The notes below the pieces were generated by a model. The model was not told where the DNA came from, ran no database searches, and saw nothing but the letters and a program-made list of their open reading frames with translations. A stretch of 64,000 nucleotides of DNA from the human T2T-CHM13v2.0 reference genome, Homo sapiens: NCBI RefSeq assembly GCF_009914755.1, contig NC_060928.1; one strand, 5' to 3'. Both the position numbers and the translations under genes were made by a program. Positions 21,765 through 45,491 of the stretch are shown in pieces; the first letter of the stretch is position 1; each line of letters opens with the position of its first letter.

Positions 21765-21905
21765 ACCCCCTCACCTGAGAATCTTGTCAAAATGCAGATT
21801 CTGATTCAGAGGGTCTAGGGCACGTCACAACCTCCTGCAGCTCTGACAAGCTCATGGTGCTGCTGGGGCTGCCAAGCCACAGTCCACACTGAGTAGGAAA
21901 GGTAT
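21765..21905. mobile_element. MER5A-like hAT fragment
   Basis: tcacctgagaatcttgtcaaaatgcagattctgattcag..acaagctc..ccacactgagtag. Confidence 0.6.
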
Positions 21906-22089
21906 AGAGTCTTTCAGATTCATTCTGGATTCTGCATCTATCTCATAACTAATGGATCTAGTCTCTGGCATTCTATTAACCAAGACATCCTCTGATCAAC
22001 AATCCTGCATCTGTAATATTTTGGTCATTGACTTGAGACTGCATGTTCAGGTGCTCGTAGTATTCTAAAAACAGTGATTAGAGTTTGGA

Positions 22090-22335
22090 GGTTGTAAGTT
22101 TGGTTTCATATCCTACCTTCACCACCCATTTCCAGTGTATGACCTTGGGCAGTATAGTTAATAATTTGTGCCACAGTTTCTTAGTTTCTTCATCTTTGCA
22201 GTCTCTAGAATTCAACAGAGCCATCACCTTGCGATAGGGCTTCAGTTTCCTCATCTGCACAATAGACCTGTCTCAAGGAGATGTTAAGAGAATTAAATCA
22301 GATAATGTGCCAGCACATAATCGATATTTGTTCAG
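22090..22335 (+). mobile_element. MIR SINE fragments
   Basis: gtatgaccttgggcag..cagtttcctcatctg..gaattaaatcagataatgtg. Confidence 0.6.
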
Positions 22336-22444
22336 TGTTAGCTAAGACAATTTATGTTATTTTTTGTTTCACTACCCCAGGTGTTTTAGTGCACTCTATT
22401 TTTTTTTTTTTTTTTTTTTTTTTTTGGTAGAAAATATGTATAGA

Positions 22445-22735
22445 GCATGTAATCCCAGCACTTTAGGAGGCTGAGGCAGGAGGATTGCTTGAGCCCAGGC
22501 TGGAGTTCCAGACAAGCCTGGGCAAAAAAGTGAGGCCCTATCTCTAAAATAAAATAAAATAAAATATCCAGGCATGATGGTATGCACCTGTAGTCTCAGC
22601 TACTCAGAAGTCTGAGGCAGGAGGACCCCTTGAGCTCAGGAGTTTGAGGTTGCAGTGAGCTATGATTGCACCACTGTACTCCAGACTGAGTGACAGAGAT
22701 AGACCTTGAAAAAACAAAAAAGAAAAGAAAAGAAG
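22445..22735 (+). mobile_element. AluJ, 5'-clipped; its tail hosts L1 'C'
   Basis: tgtaatcccagcacttt..ggattgcttgagccc..tagtctcagctactc..gcagtgagctatgatt. Confidence 0.85.
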
Positions 22736-22759
22736 GAACGATGAAAGAAAGAAAGTAAG

Positions 22760-29187
<6,428 letters not shown>

Positions 29188-29189
29188 TG

Positions 29190-29236
<47 letters not shown>

Positions 29237-29247
29237 AAAGAAAGAAA

Positions 29248-29295
<48 letters not shown>

Positions 29296-29316
29296 AAAGA
29301 GAAAGAAAGAAAGAAA

Positions 29317-29352
<36 letters not shown>

Positions 29353-29431
29353 AAAGAAAGAAAAAAGAAAGAAAGAAAGAAAGAAAGAAAGAAAAGAGAA
29401 AGAAAGAAAGAAAAAGAAAGAAAGAAAGAAA

Positions 29432-29487
<56 letters not shown>

Positions 29488-29572
29488 AGGAAGGAAGGAA
29501 GGAAGGAAGGAAGGAAGGAAGGAAGGAAGGAAAGAAAGAAAGAGAGAGAAGAGGAAGGAAGGAAGGAAGGAA
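29190..29572 (+). repeat. Compound (GAAA)n/(GGAA)n pure-purine microsatellite
   Basis: About 380 bp of only A/G directly after the 3' end of L1 'C'; 11 consecutive GGAA at 29489-29532. Confidence 0.98.
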
Positions 29573-29723
29573 ATAGATATGCATTCATTACTCAGATTAG
29601 TAAACTTTGACTCCTAATATGACAACATTCCCTGGGTTTACCTAATGTTTACACCTAGTTAAAATAGGAACCTGCTGAAAAAGATTACTGAGGAATCGGT
29701 GGGAGCTGGGGTTAGAAAGAGTG

Positions 29724-30118
29724 TGATGGGCTAAACTGTGTCCTCCCTAACCCCACCAAAATTTATACATTAAAACCCTAACCCCCAAGACCTCAGAATG
29801 TAACCATATTTGGAGATGAGGTCTTTAAAAAGGTGATTCTGTTAAAATGATCTTTAGTGTAGGGCCCTAATCCGACAGGACTGGTGTCCTTGTAAGATAA
29901 AAAGATACCATAGGTGTGTGTGCACAGAGGCCATGTGAGGACAAAGCAGCAAGAATTGCGGCCATGCACAACCTGAGGAAAGAGGCTTCGGAAGAAACCA
30001 ACCCTGCTGATACCTCGATCTTAGACTTCCAGCCTCCAGAAGTGTGAGAAAATAAATTGCCATTGTTTAAGCCACCATTCTGTAGTATTTGCTGTGGCAG
30101 CCCTAGCAGTGAAATACA
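29724..30118 (+). mobile_element. MLT1B-like LTR
   Basis: tgatgggctaaactgtgtcc..cctcagaatgtaaccatatttggagat..gacttccagcctccagaagtgtgagaaaataaat..ggcagccctagca. Confidence 0.8.
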
Positions 30119-30467
30119 GGAGAAAAAAGAAACCCTGAAGCAAGAGGAGCTTTTTTCATGCATAAACTTTACTCCACAAATATGCTGACATTTTCCAGGA
30201 GAGCTTCCGTTGCACATCATTTTTATTATGTTTAATAAAATTATTTAATGCACAGCTAAAAGTGCCATTTTCATACCTTCATATGAATAACTTTTTATAA
30301 ATCAAGGGTAGAGGAAGCCCTTGTTGGGCTGCTGTATCAATTTTAATTCATTCTCTGGTCTTCTTTCCTGTAGCTGACAGGCAGACTTATACATGATGCT
30401 TGGGGCAGCCACACATGGGATCAGCCCCTTATCTGCCAGGCCTGAGGAAATGGGCAGTTTGATAAGG

Positions 30468-30915
30468 GTGGTAGGCAGAAAAACAGCCCCCACCCCCACC
30501 CACCACCAGAGATGTCCACATCCTACTGCTTGGAACCTGTGAATATGGTCCACAGGACCTTGCAGATGTGACTGAATTAAGGATCCTGAGACAGGCAGAT
30601 TGTCCTGGATTCTCCAGGGAGGCCCAATGTAATAACAAGGGTCCTTGTAAGAGTAAAACAGAGGAATCAGAGTGAGTAGTAGGAAATGTGATGACAGAAG
30701 CAAGAAGTAGGAATGATGCGGAGAAGGTGCTATGAGCCACAGAATGCTAGCAGCTTCCACAGGCTGAGAAAGGCAAGGAAACAGATTCTTTCCTGAAGCC
30801 TCTGGAAAGGACAGAGCCCCACTGACACCTTGATTTTAGACTTCAGACCTGTGTTGTTTTAAGTCATTAAATTTGTGGCAATTTGTAACAGCAGCCATGA
30901 GAAATGAGCACCCTG
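30468..30915 (+). mobile_element. MLT1D-like LTR
   Basis: gtggtaggcagaa..agatgtccacatccta..ggaacctgtgaatatg..gcccaatgtaataacaagggtcctt..aaggcaaggaaacagattct. Confidence 0.75.
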
Positions 30916-33398
30916 AATATTCTGGTTTCCAGGCAGCAGGCTGTGATGGGCTTCTCAATTTAATGCAGATTTGGGGTTTGATGCAATGTTCTTGTTTTTG
31001 TATTTGTTTTTGAAACAAGATCTCACTCTGTCACCCTGGTGGTGGATAATACAATAACGCAATACCATATATTGTACTATTATTCTTTACATTGTACAGA
31101 AATGCTTCATATACTCTAGTATAAAAAGCATGTTTTACAATAACATTTTAAAAATAAAAAAATTGTTAAGAATTTTAAGACAAAGAAATCTGTGAATTGG
31201 CTCAAGTCCAAGGTCCATGAAAGAACCGAGAACAAAACTCAGTCTTCTGATGCGTGTAGATTATGATTGTTATGGACAATTCTTCCCTAAATATGCCTAG
31301 ATCAACATTAACCCATCAAATGAGGATTCCTAAGCTTGCAGAATACTCAGTGCACATAACCTTAATTCTGAAGATCCAAGGGCTTTGTATAACGGACCTG
31401 AAAATCACTCTTGTTTTTTAGGGTTAATGTGTGTTAAAAATGATTATACATATAAAGTGCTAAAAGTGGTTCCTAGTACAAAATAAAGATTCAATAATTA
31501 TTAATTGTTATTATTGACCTAGAGCTAAAGAATCATTTCAGAAAGTTTAAATTTCAGGGTGTTTAACAGAGTTGATGTTTTATACCTTTTAACACTTTTA
31601 TGTTGAGAACTGGATGTGGACTATGGTCTTTCTGAAATAGGAAATTAATAAAAAGAGAAATCTAAATTCACAGCTATTGGAAGATTTGGCTGTGGTTATG
31701 ATGCATTCAAATGGTAGAATCTGGAAATCACGAGGTTTCAACTGTTCAACTGTCAGAGGCTGTGGTGTATTTAACCTTCCACCTGCCTCCAGTCTCTTTT
31801 TGTGCTTGAATATTCAGGGATTCTATTGCCCTCAAGTTCCTTCCCAAACTGAGATGTCTCTTGGGATCTTTTCACATTAGGGGTCTGCATCCTCTCACTC
31901 AACTACCCTGAGCCAGGGGTCTGCACATTCTTGTTGATATTAACTTGAACAAGACAGAATTGGACAGGCAAATCTGCTCCCCAACCAGGGCCTCCAACAC
32001 CCACCCCCTTACTTCTTAAACTCCATCTTTATTTGGTTTCTCAGATGCCAAGAGAGCAAGCTAACTTGGGGTGAGAACAAAGACTCTGAAGTACAACAAA
32101 TGTGGGTCCAAGTCCTGAGTCTGCTATAGGCTAACAACATGACCTTTGCTGAGTTACTTACTCTCTCTAAACTTCTATTTCCATATCCATACAAAGAGCC
32201 TAATATCAATTTCATAACAATTCATGACAATTTCATTGTCATGAGCATCAAATCATACGATGCATGAAAATGTATTTAGCACAGTAGCAGGCATATAGTA
32301 AACACTCAATAAAATGTTAACTATTTCTGTACTCTCTTAGTTTCTATCCAGGCCCTGCAACACCTCTGTTAGTTTCACTGCCTGGTTCCCCCTTCTCTAC
32401 CTGCACTCTTAATGTTAGAGTTCCTTTTCTCCCCTACTTTGCACACCTGCCCAAGGGGACCTCACCCAGTCTCAGGACTTTCACTGACACCCACCTACTA
32501 TGCACAAAACTCGGGGTGACAGCACCCAGAGCTCTCTGTCCAACCCTGATCTTTTATCCAAGCTCTAGATTTGCATTTCCAATTATTTATTTATTGTGTC
32601 ACCTTAGATACCCTATAGTCGCCCAAACAGAACCCACCATCATCCTCCTCTAACCCATTTCATTTCCTGTCTTCTCAAGCACACTTAATGGGGTCTCCCA
32701 GGGTAGAAACTGTGAAGACATTCACAACCGCTCATGCCCACTAGCCAAGCCCCGGGATTAAAAAATGTCTCCTGGCTCCAATGCCTTCCCAATCCCTCCA
32801 CCCTGCCACTGCCTTGGTTCTGGTCTTCCTTATCACAAACTAGACAAAGGAAATAGACTTCTATTTGTGGCCTGTCAGCCATCACACACCAAGTCTCCCA
32901 TATCCATTCATCCTCTAGTCCCCTACCCAATTCATCATCTTGAATACATGCCAAGGACTACAAAGATACTCTGAATGTCGGGAAAAGGGAACATCTTAAC
33001 ATACATTTCACAGTGAAATATTGGGGGCATAAACATTAAGTTCAAGAAACAATAAAAAAAAACACCCGGTGATATTATTATTATTTAACATGGTTCTGTT
33101 TTTTAGTTTTTACCATATTATTTAACTACCACCCTGATAGAATTAGTTGCTCTGTCTTCTGGGGCCCCACTACACCTTCATTACACATTTGCTTTAGCCT
33201 TTAACATGTTTGGTAATTCATCTGCCTTTCTCTGTTTAGCCTACATCATTGGCGTCTTTTTACAACCAGAATCTGGTATCAGGCCTACACATAGTCAAAG
33301 CTTGCTAACCAGTAGAAAACAGTCTAATAATTGACTTTTCATGCTTCCCATTAGAAACTAAGAAAATTGACACTTTTCTTGAAATCGCAAAATGGTAG

Positions 33399-33821
<423 letters not shown>

Positions 33822-34400
33822 TAAGTCTAGGCCCCAGGAATAGAAGGCAGATTCCACCTATAACTTTGAGTTTCAAACTAGACTTTTTATTAAGGTAAGT
33901 AAGAAGAAAGTCTTTGAAGGAACCAGAGCTTGGAAGATTGACGGTGGAGTTTATCACAGAAGGAGATACTTGAGGGAAGTTCCTGCCTAACTAGAAGGGG
34001 AAAGCCTTTCCAGTGCTAAGAGGGAATCTGTTTTTCTCCTTTGCACACTCTAAAATTCAGCATTATCAGTGATCATGGAACAATGAAGCTTATGATATCA
34101 GCCTTCATCCTAACTAAATTCATAAAAGAGCAGTGCAGAAAGTACAATGTCCCTTGTTTTATAACTGATTCACTCATTTAACAAGGAAATGCAGCACAAG
34201 ATTAAGAATGCCAGCTCTGGAGTCAACAGCAGGTGTGACTGGGGCCACAGGACTCAGTCAGATTTTTTATTTAGCCCTTTAGCGCACACCTAAGATTTTC
34301 TCTCCAATCTATAGAGTTTCAATCCTCTATTCTCTTTGTATATATAAGATCCTTAGATTAGCACATAGAACATAAGAAGAGATCTAGAAATATCAGCCAT

Positions 34401-36210
34401 ACAAGCTGAGAGCCGAATCACATATGAACTCCCATTCATGACTGCTACAAAAAGAATAAAATACCTAGGAATACAGCTAACAAGAGAAGTGAAGGACCTC
34501 TTCAAGGAGAACTACAAACCACTGCTCAGAGAAATCAGAGATGACACAAACAAATGGAAAAACATTCCATGTTCATGGATCGGAAGAATCAATATGGTGA
34601 AAATGACCATACTGCCCAAAGCAATTTATAGATTCAATGCTATTCCCATAAAATTACCACTGACATTCTTCACAGAATTAGAGAAAACTATTTTAAAATT
34701 TATATGGAACCAAAATAGAGCCTGAATAGCCAAGGCAATCCTAAGCAAAAAGAACAAAGCTGGAGGCATCATGCTACCCAACTTTATACTATACTACAGG
34801 GCTACAGTAACCAAAACAGCGTGGTACTGGTACAAAACCAGACACATACACCAATGGAACAGAATACAGAACCCAGAAAGAAAATGACACACCTACAACC
34901 ATCTGATCTTCAACAAAACTGACAAAAACAAGCAATGGGAAAAGGATTCCCTATTTAATAAATGGTGCTTGAAGAACTGGCTAGCCATATGCAGAAAATT
35001 GAAACTGGACCCCTTCCTTACACCATATACAAAAATCAACTCAAGATGGATTAAAGATTTAAATGTAAAACCCAAAACTATAAAAACCCTGCAAGAAAAC
35101 CTAGGCAACACCATTTAGGACATAGGCACGGGCAAAGATTTCATGACAAAGACAGGAAAAGCAACTGCAACAAAACGAAAATTGACAAATGGAATCTAAT
35201 TAAACTAAAGAGCTTCTGCACAGCAAAAGAAACTATCAACAGAGTGAACAGGCAACTCACAGAATGGGAAAAAAATGTTGCAATCTATGCATCTGACAAA
35301 GGTCTAATATCTAGCATCTATAAGGGACTTAAACAAATTTACAACAAAAAAACAAACAACCCCATTAAAACATGGGCAAAGGACATGAACAGACACTTCC
35401 CAAAAGAAGACATAGATACATGCAGGCAACAAACATGAAAAAAAGCTCAACATCACTGATCATTAGAGAAATGCAAATCAAAATCACAATGATACACCAT
35501 CTCACACCAGTGAGAATGGCTATTATTAAAAAGTCAAAAAATAATTGATGGTGGTGAGGTTGTGGAGAAAAAGAAACACTTATGTGCTGTTGATGGGAGT
35601 GTAAATTAATTCAATCATTGTGGAAGAGAGTGTGGTGATTCCTCAGATATCTAAAAACAGAACTACCATTCAGCCTAGCAATCCCATTACTGGGTATATA
35701 CCCAAAGGAATATAAATCATTCTATTGCAAAGACAGATGCACACATATATTCAATGCAGCACTATTCACAACAGCAAAGACATGGAATCAACCTAAATGC
35801 CCATCAATGATAGACTAGATAAAGAAAATGTGGTACATATACACCATGGAATACTATGCAGCCATAAAAAGGAATCAGATCATGTCCTTTGCAGGAAAAT
35901 GGATGGAGCTGGAGGCCATTATCCTCAACAAACTCATGTAGTAACAGAAAACCAAATACCGCATGTTTTCACTTGTAAGTGGGAGCTAAATGATGAGAAT
36001 ACATGGACACATGAGGGGAACAACACACATTGGGGCCTGTTGGAGGGTAGGAGTGAGAGGAGGGAGAGGATCAGGAAGAATAGCTAATGGATACTGGGCT
36101 TAATACCTAGGTGATGGTATGATCTGTGCAGCAAATCACCATGGCACACGTTTACCTATGTAACAAACCTGCACATCCTGCACATGTATCCCTGAACTTA
36201 AAATATAAGT
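34401..36210 (+). mobile_element. LINE-1 'E', 5'-truncated L1PA10-13-like
   Basis: ORF2 C-terminal fragments; 3'UTR gagaggatcaggaagaatagctaatggatactgggc; TSD atatcagccat at 34390-34400 and 36400-36410. Confidence 0.9.
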
Positions 36211-36217
36211 TGGAATT

Positions 36218-36249
<32 letters not shown>

Positions 36250-36402
36250 TATGTGTGTGTGTATATATGTGTAAACATATGTGTATATATGTATATATAC
36301 ACACATATATAATTATATATTTTATATATAATTATATATAATAAATTATATATGTAAATTATATATATACAAATTATATGTGTGTGTGTGTGTATATATA
36401 TA
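36218..36402. repeat. (TA)n/(CA)n/(TG)n compound microsatellite replacing the tail of L1 'E'
   Basis: Alternating purine-pyrimidine runs lying between the L1 3' end and the right TSD. Confidence 0.9.
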
Positions 36403-36739
36403 TCAGCCATGGTTATCATCTGGGCCAGGAGATGAGCTAAAGTTGTGGACACCTGGTCCCCATCCCCAATGTGCTTCCTGAAGGCTGAACTAGAGTTCTG
36501 CTGCTCTTAGGCAATGTGTTATTTCTCTTTAGGCAATCTGTGGAAGCCAAATCATTAGTTGCTGTTTGCTTGGTAACCATCTTGGCAAATAAGATTAAAA
36601 GTCAGGATGTCTGTTGGCTCACTGAGTCCTCCTAATGGGCCAGTCTCAGGCTGTCTTACTCTGAAGTATCCTCCACTCCACAAAATCACAGATGAATGCT
36701 TCTGGGAAAAGTGGCATCTTGTTTACTTTCACAGAAACT

Positions 36740-37129
36740 GCCATGTATGCATCAAACCCATTTCCACTTCTGCCTGGGCACACACCTAACCTTGTCTCCC
36801 AGCTTCCTTTGCAGTTAGGCCACGTGACATGCATTAGCCAATGCCATTGGCATGGAAGTGATGTGCACCCTTCCTGGTCTTGCTGATAAAGTTACGCCAC
36901 AGGCAACCCTCCGTGCTCTACAGGGACTTTGGAAGCCACATGCTGAAGACATGAGAGCCACAGGCGAAAGAAATCTGGGTCCTCACATATTACTTGGGTG
37001 AGGCATCCACTCATCAGCAATGCCCGTTGTGAACTTTATGTGAGGAAAAACAAACTTCTATCACATCTGAGCCATTACACATTCTTTAGTTTGTTTGTTA
37101 CAAGTTCTAGGATTACCTTAACAAATACA
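36740..37129 (+). mobile_element. MLT1J-like LTR
   Basis: cccagcttcctttgcagttagg..ggaagtgatgtgcac..aagaaatctgggtcc..aaacttctat..ttgtttgttaca..aataca. Confidence 0.65.
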
Positions 37130-39341
37130 TCTGTCTCAATCATCATGAACCTATCATTCCCATAGCAGTGCCTGGTACACAATAAGAATTTATGTCTGTG
37201 GAAACTCTAGATTTTACTAGAAATCAGAGCCTGGTGTTTTCACAGACTAAGAGTAATCATTGACATGCAGGAGACAGACTCTGGAACTCTGCAGAAGAGT
37301 TTAGTTGTCTACATTTCTGAAACATGAGGATGCCACCAGGAGAGGAAATATAAGATATTTTTTCCCAATTTCAGTTCTCCTCAGATTTCATCAGTCTGAT
37401 CATCCAGACTCAGAATTATCTGAAGTTATTTCATTCAGAGACAATAGAAACCAGGGCATTTAAGTATGCAGAGAGCAATTACATTCTGAGAAGAAACCTC
37501 TGAATAGCACAATCACTGGCAGCTATTTAAAGAGAATAGAAGATTGAGACTGCATAGGTGGGAAAAAGATCTTAGGTTTGACCTAAAGGGCTGAATAATA
37601 ATCCTAAAGGACACTTATGGCCCCAGAGCTGGTGCTCTCTGGGGGTGTGAGGCCTGGACAGTTGGAGAACCGGCAGTAGTGACTAGAAAAGGATAGTATT
37701 TGGACAGATGCCTGAGGTTACGTTCCAAATTCCTTCCACCTCACCCCACTTCTCATTCCCCAAAACATTATTCTCAAGGGAGGAGTCACGGTATATTGAA
37801 TTTACCACTGAGGCCATTAAGAGAGGTGTGTGTTGTTATACATCACCAGAAAACATTTCCTTGTTTCTCAAGGTCTTTTTTGATTAAAGAAGCAAAATCA
37901 TACCAGCTCTTCCCAAACTCATCTTTCACTCTCCATTAAAGAGAAAAGCAAGACTATCAAGTAAGGCAAGCAGCAACCTACAAAATGCAATCTTGGACCA
38001 CATGAGCAAGAAGATGAGCAATGGACAAGAGAATGGCATTGCAGGTGGGAGTTCGAGGTAGTATGTATGTCGGACAGAAAAAGCCTTGAAATCTACGACC
38101 CTCATTGACCCCTCACAAGCGGTTATACTCAAAGCACTTCATCAAGCTTCTGCTCCATAAGCGTAAACAGCCATGCCCTGCACCATGTGACCCCACCCCA
38201 GGCTATAACTAACTGAACCAGAAGTGGACACCCAACCCAAAGGCAGCCAATTTAGAATTGCCCAATAGCCTGTGAGATAGCCTGGTAAGAAATCTCTGTT
38301 ATACACAAATAATGATGATAAAGGCATCAAATTATCTTTCTCTGGAATAGAAAATGAAGATGAAATAAAAATATGATATAAAATGAAAATATGGGGAAAT
38401 TCTCAGGAATACGAAGAAGAGATAGAGGGAGAGAATCCATCTTCGTTAGCAAGAGAGAAAGAAAAAAAAACAGAGAAAAGGCAGGCAAGATTCAAAAGAA
38501 TAATGAAAGGTCAAGAGAAAGCAGAAATTATTAAATTAGAGTAAGCAGAAGTTGTGAGGAGGCAGAAGTCCAAATATACGTTAAATAGAGCACGAGGGAG
38601 ATGTTTCGAGCAGGTTCAAGATAAAGGCAAAAAGGAGGTAGGCCCCATAATGCTATACCTCTTGAAGATCAACAAATTCCAGCTTCTGGTATAAGCAGGG
38701 AGACAGGACAGAGGGCCAGCAACAAGATTATCAGTGTCCAGGACATTTAACTGGACACTGAATGACCTTCTGCATGGGATGATTTATTCTGGGCTCTCTG
38801 ATGCTCTGCTGTCCTGTGGGTCTTACTCTTCTTTGGCTGTTATGTGGCTTTCCCTCGATTCCCAGGAGGCCTGGCAACAAGCTTGAGATTCCTGTTTTCC
38901 TTAGTCCCACAAATATGCTAGCAAACTGTCCCCTACTTTTACTCGAAGTAACACAGGTAAGTGTATTCCTTGCTACCAAGCAGTGGGGTGTGTTATTTGT
39001 ACAGTGTGGATGTATGTGTTTGTCTAGTGTGTTGTATGCTGGGAGGATGAGATGAGAGGCCAAACGCAGAGGACAGAATCACCTTGATAAGTTTGGGAGA
39101 ACAGGGGGGTGATAAGGTAGGGAAGTCTGGGAATGGGAGTAATAGGAGTGAGCAAACTCATTTGGGCTTCTTCACATATGTCTGGCACCTGGTCTGTGGC
39201 TTCCTGTGTCCATCAGTTTCCCTATCTCTTAAATATACTGCATATCAAGAGAAAAGGGTACACGTCTCTTCTATGGACATTCCTAATCTATTGTTATGTT
39301 TATTCAGAAAGTCATCTCATCTTCCTCTAAAGAATGTGTTA

Positions 39342-40245
39342 GGGAGGAGCCAAGATGGCCGAATAGGAACAGCTCCGGTCTACAGCTCCCAGCGTGAGCG
39401 ACGCAGAAGACGGGTGATTTCTGCATTTCCATCTGAGGTACCAGCCTCATCTCACTAGGGAGTGCCAGACAGTGGGCGCAGGCCAGTGTGTGTGTGCACC
39501 GTGCGCGAGCCGAAGCAGGGCGAGGCATTGCCTCACCTGGGAAGCGCAAGGGGTCAGGGAGTTCCCTTTCCGAGTCAAAGAAAGGGGTGACGGACACACC
39601 TGGAAAATCGGGTCACTCCCACCCGAATATTGCGCTTTTCAGACAGGCTTAAGAAACGGCGCACCACGAGACTATATCCCACACCTGGCTCAGAGGGTCC
39701 TACGCCCACGGAATCTCGCTGATTGCTAGCACAGCAGTCTGAGATCAAACTGCAAGGCGGCAACGAGGCTGGGGGAGGGGCGCCCGCCATTGCCCAGGCT
39801 TGATTAGGTAAACAAAGCAGCTGGGAAGCTCCAACTGGGTGGAGCCCACCACAGCTCAAGGAGGCCTGCCTGCCTCTGTAGGCTCCACCTCTGGGGGCAG
39901 GGCACAGACAAACAAAAAGACAGCAGTAACCTCTGCAGACTTAAGTGTCCCTGTCTGACAGCTTTGAAGAGAGCAGTGGTTCTCCCAGCACGCAGCTGGA
40001 GATCTGAGAACGGGCAGACTGCCTCCTCAAGTGGGTCCCTGACCCCTGACCCCCGAGCAGCCTAACTGGGAGGCACCCCCCAGCAGGGGCACACTGACAC
40101 CTCACACGGCAGGGTATTCCAACAGACCTGCAGCTGAGGGTCCTGTCTGTTAGAAGGAAAACTAACAACCAGAAAGGACATCTACACCGAAAACCCATCT
40201 GTACATCACCATCATCAAAGACCAAAAGTAGATAAAACCACAAAG
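39342..40245 (+). promoter_or_regulatory. L1 5'UTR internal sense promoter and antisense promoter
   Basis: YY1 site caagatggcc at 39351-39360; CpG-rich; splice donor GT at 39438 and acceptor AG at 39960-39961 intact. Confidence 0.85.
39575..39790 (-). CDS. ORF0: L1 antisense ORF0 (71 aa), intact
   Basis: MAGAPPPASLPPCSLISDCCASNQRDSVGVGPSEPG...RCVRHPFL; ATG = cat at 39788-39790. Confidence 0.85.
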   Translation of the reverse strand: MAGAPPPASLPPCSLISDCCASNQRDSVGVGPSEPGVGYSLVVRRFLSLSEKRNIRVGVTRFSRCVRHPFL

Positions 40246-41262
40246 ATGGGGAAAAAACAGAACAGAAAAACTGGAAACTCTAAAATGCAGAGCGCCTCTC
40301 CTCCTCCAAAGGAACGCAGTTCCTCACCAGCAACAGAACAAAGCTGGATGGAGAATGACTTTGACGAGCTGAGAGAAGAAGGCTTCAGACGATCAAATTA
40401 CTCTGAGCTACGGGAGGACATTCAAACCAAAGGCAAAGAAGTTGAAAACTTTGAAAAAAATTTAGAAGAATGTATAACTAGAATAACCAATACAGAGAAG
40501 TGCTTAAAGGAGCTGATGGAGCTGAAAACCAAGGCTCAAGAACTACGTGAAGAATGCAGAAGCCTCAGGAGCCGATGCGATCAACTGGAAGAAAGGGTAT
40601 CAGCAATGGAAGATGAAATGAATGAAATGAAGCGAGAAGGGAAGTTTAGAGAAAAAAGAATAAAAAGAAATGAGCAAAGCCTCCAAGAAATATGGGACTA
40701 TGTGAAAAGACCAAATCTACGTCTGATTGGTGTACCTGAAAGTGATGTGGAGAATGGAACCAAGTTGGAAAACACTCTGCAGGATATTATCCAGGAGAAC
40801 TTCCCCAATCTAGCAAGGCAGGCCAACGTTCAGATTCAGGAAATACAGAGAACGCCACAAAGATACTCCTCGAGAAGAGCAACTCCAAGACACATAATTG
40901 TCAGATTCACCAAAGTTGAAATGAAGGAAAAAATGTTAAGGGCAGCCAGAGAGAAAGGTCGGGTTACCCTCAAAGGAAAGCCCATCAGACTAACAGCGGA
41001 TCTCTCGGCAGAAACCCTACAAGCCAGAAGAGAGTGGGGGCCAATATTCAACATTCTTAAAGAAAAGAATTTTCAACCTAGAATTTCATATCCAGCCAAG
41101 CTAAGCTTCATAAGTGAAGGAGAAATAGAATACTTTATAGACAAGCAAATGCTGAGAGATTTTGTCACCACCAGGCCTGCCCTAAAAGAGCTCCTGAAGG
41201 AAGCGCTAAACATGGAAAGGAACAACCGGTACCAGCCGCTGCGAAATCATGCCAAAATGTAA
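40246..41262 (+). CDS. ORF1: L1 ORF1p RNA-binding protein (338 aa), intact
   Basis: MGKKQNRK..coiled coil..REKG..ARR..YPAKLS; canonical length, no stops. Confidence 0.97.
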   Translation: MGKKQNRKTGNSKMQSASPPPKERSSSPATEQSWMENDFDELREEGFRRSNYSELREDIQTKGKEVENFEKNLEECITRITNTEKCLKELMELKTKAQELREECRSLRSRCDQLEERVSAMEDEMNEMKREGKFREKRIKRNEQSLQEIWDYVKRPNLRLIGVPESDVENGTKLENTLQDIIQENFPNLARQANVQIQEIQRTPQRYSSRRATPRHIIVRFTKVEMKEKMLRAAREKGRVTLKGKPIRLTADLSAETLQARREWGPIFNILKEKNFQPRISYPAKLSFISEGEIEYFIDKQMLRDFVTTRPALKELLKEALNMERNNRYQPLRNHAKM

Positions 41263-41301
41263 AGACCATCGAGACTAGGAAGAAACTGCATCAACTAATG
41301 A

Positions 41302-45150
<3,849 letters not shown>

Positions 45151-45388
45151 ACAATGAGATCACTTGGACACAGGAAGGGGAATATCACACTCTGGGGACT
45201 GTGGTGGGGTCGGGGGAGGGGGGAGGGATAGCATTGGGAGATATACCTAATGCTAGATGACACGTTAGTGGGTGCAGCGCACCAGCATGGCACACGTATA
45301 CATATGTAACTAACCTGCACAATGTGCACATGTACCCTAAAACTTAGAGTATAATAAAAAAAAAAAAAAATTAAAAAAAAAAAAAAAA

Positions 45389-45491
45389 GAGGAAGTGAAT
45401 AAATGTATTCATGTATATATTTTTTCTAATCTGGACAAAAATTTAAGGTTGAATTCACAGCCAACAGTAATAAAATATGTTAATTCCTGAG
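45389..45491 (+). other. 3'-transduced non-L1 sequence between two poly(A) tails
   Basis: Lies inside the TSD pair; AATAAA at 45469-45474, 17 nt before the second A-tail (45492-45507). Confidence 0.9.

Noticed and set aside
22399-22425. Isolated T27 run as an orphan retro-insertion
   Set aside because: No TSD or attached element body identifiable
45194-45230. G-quadruplex motif
   Set aside because: Standard feature of every young L1 3'UTR
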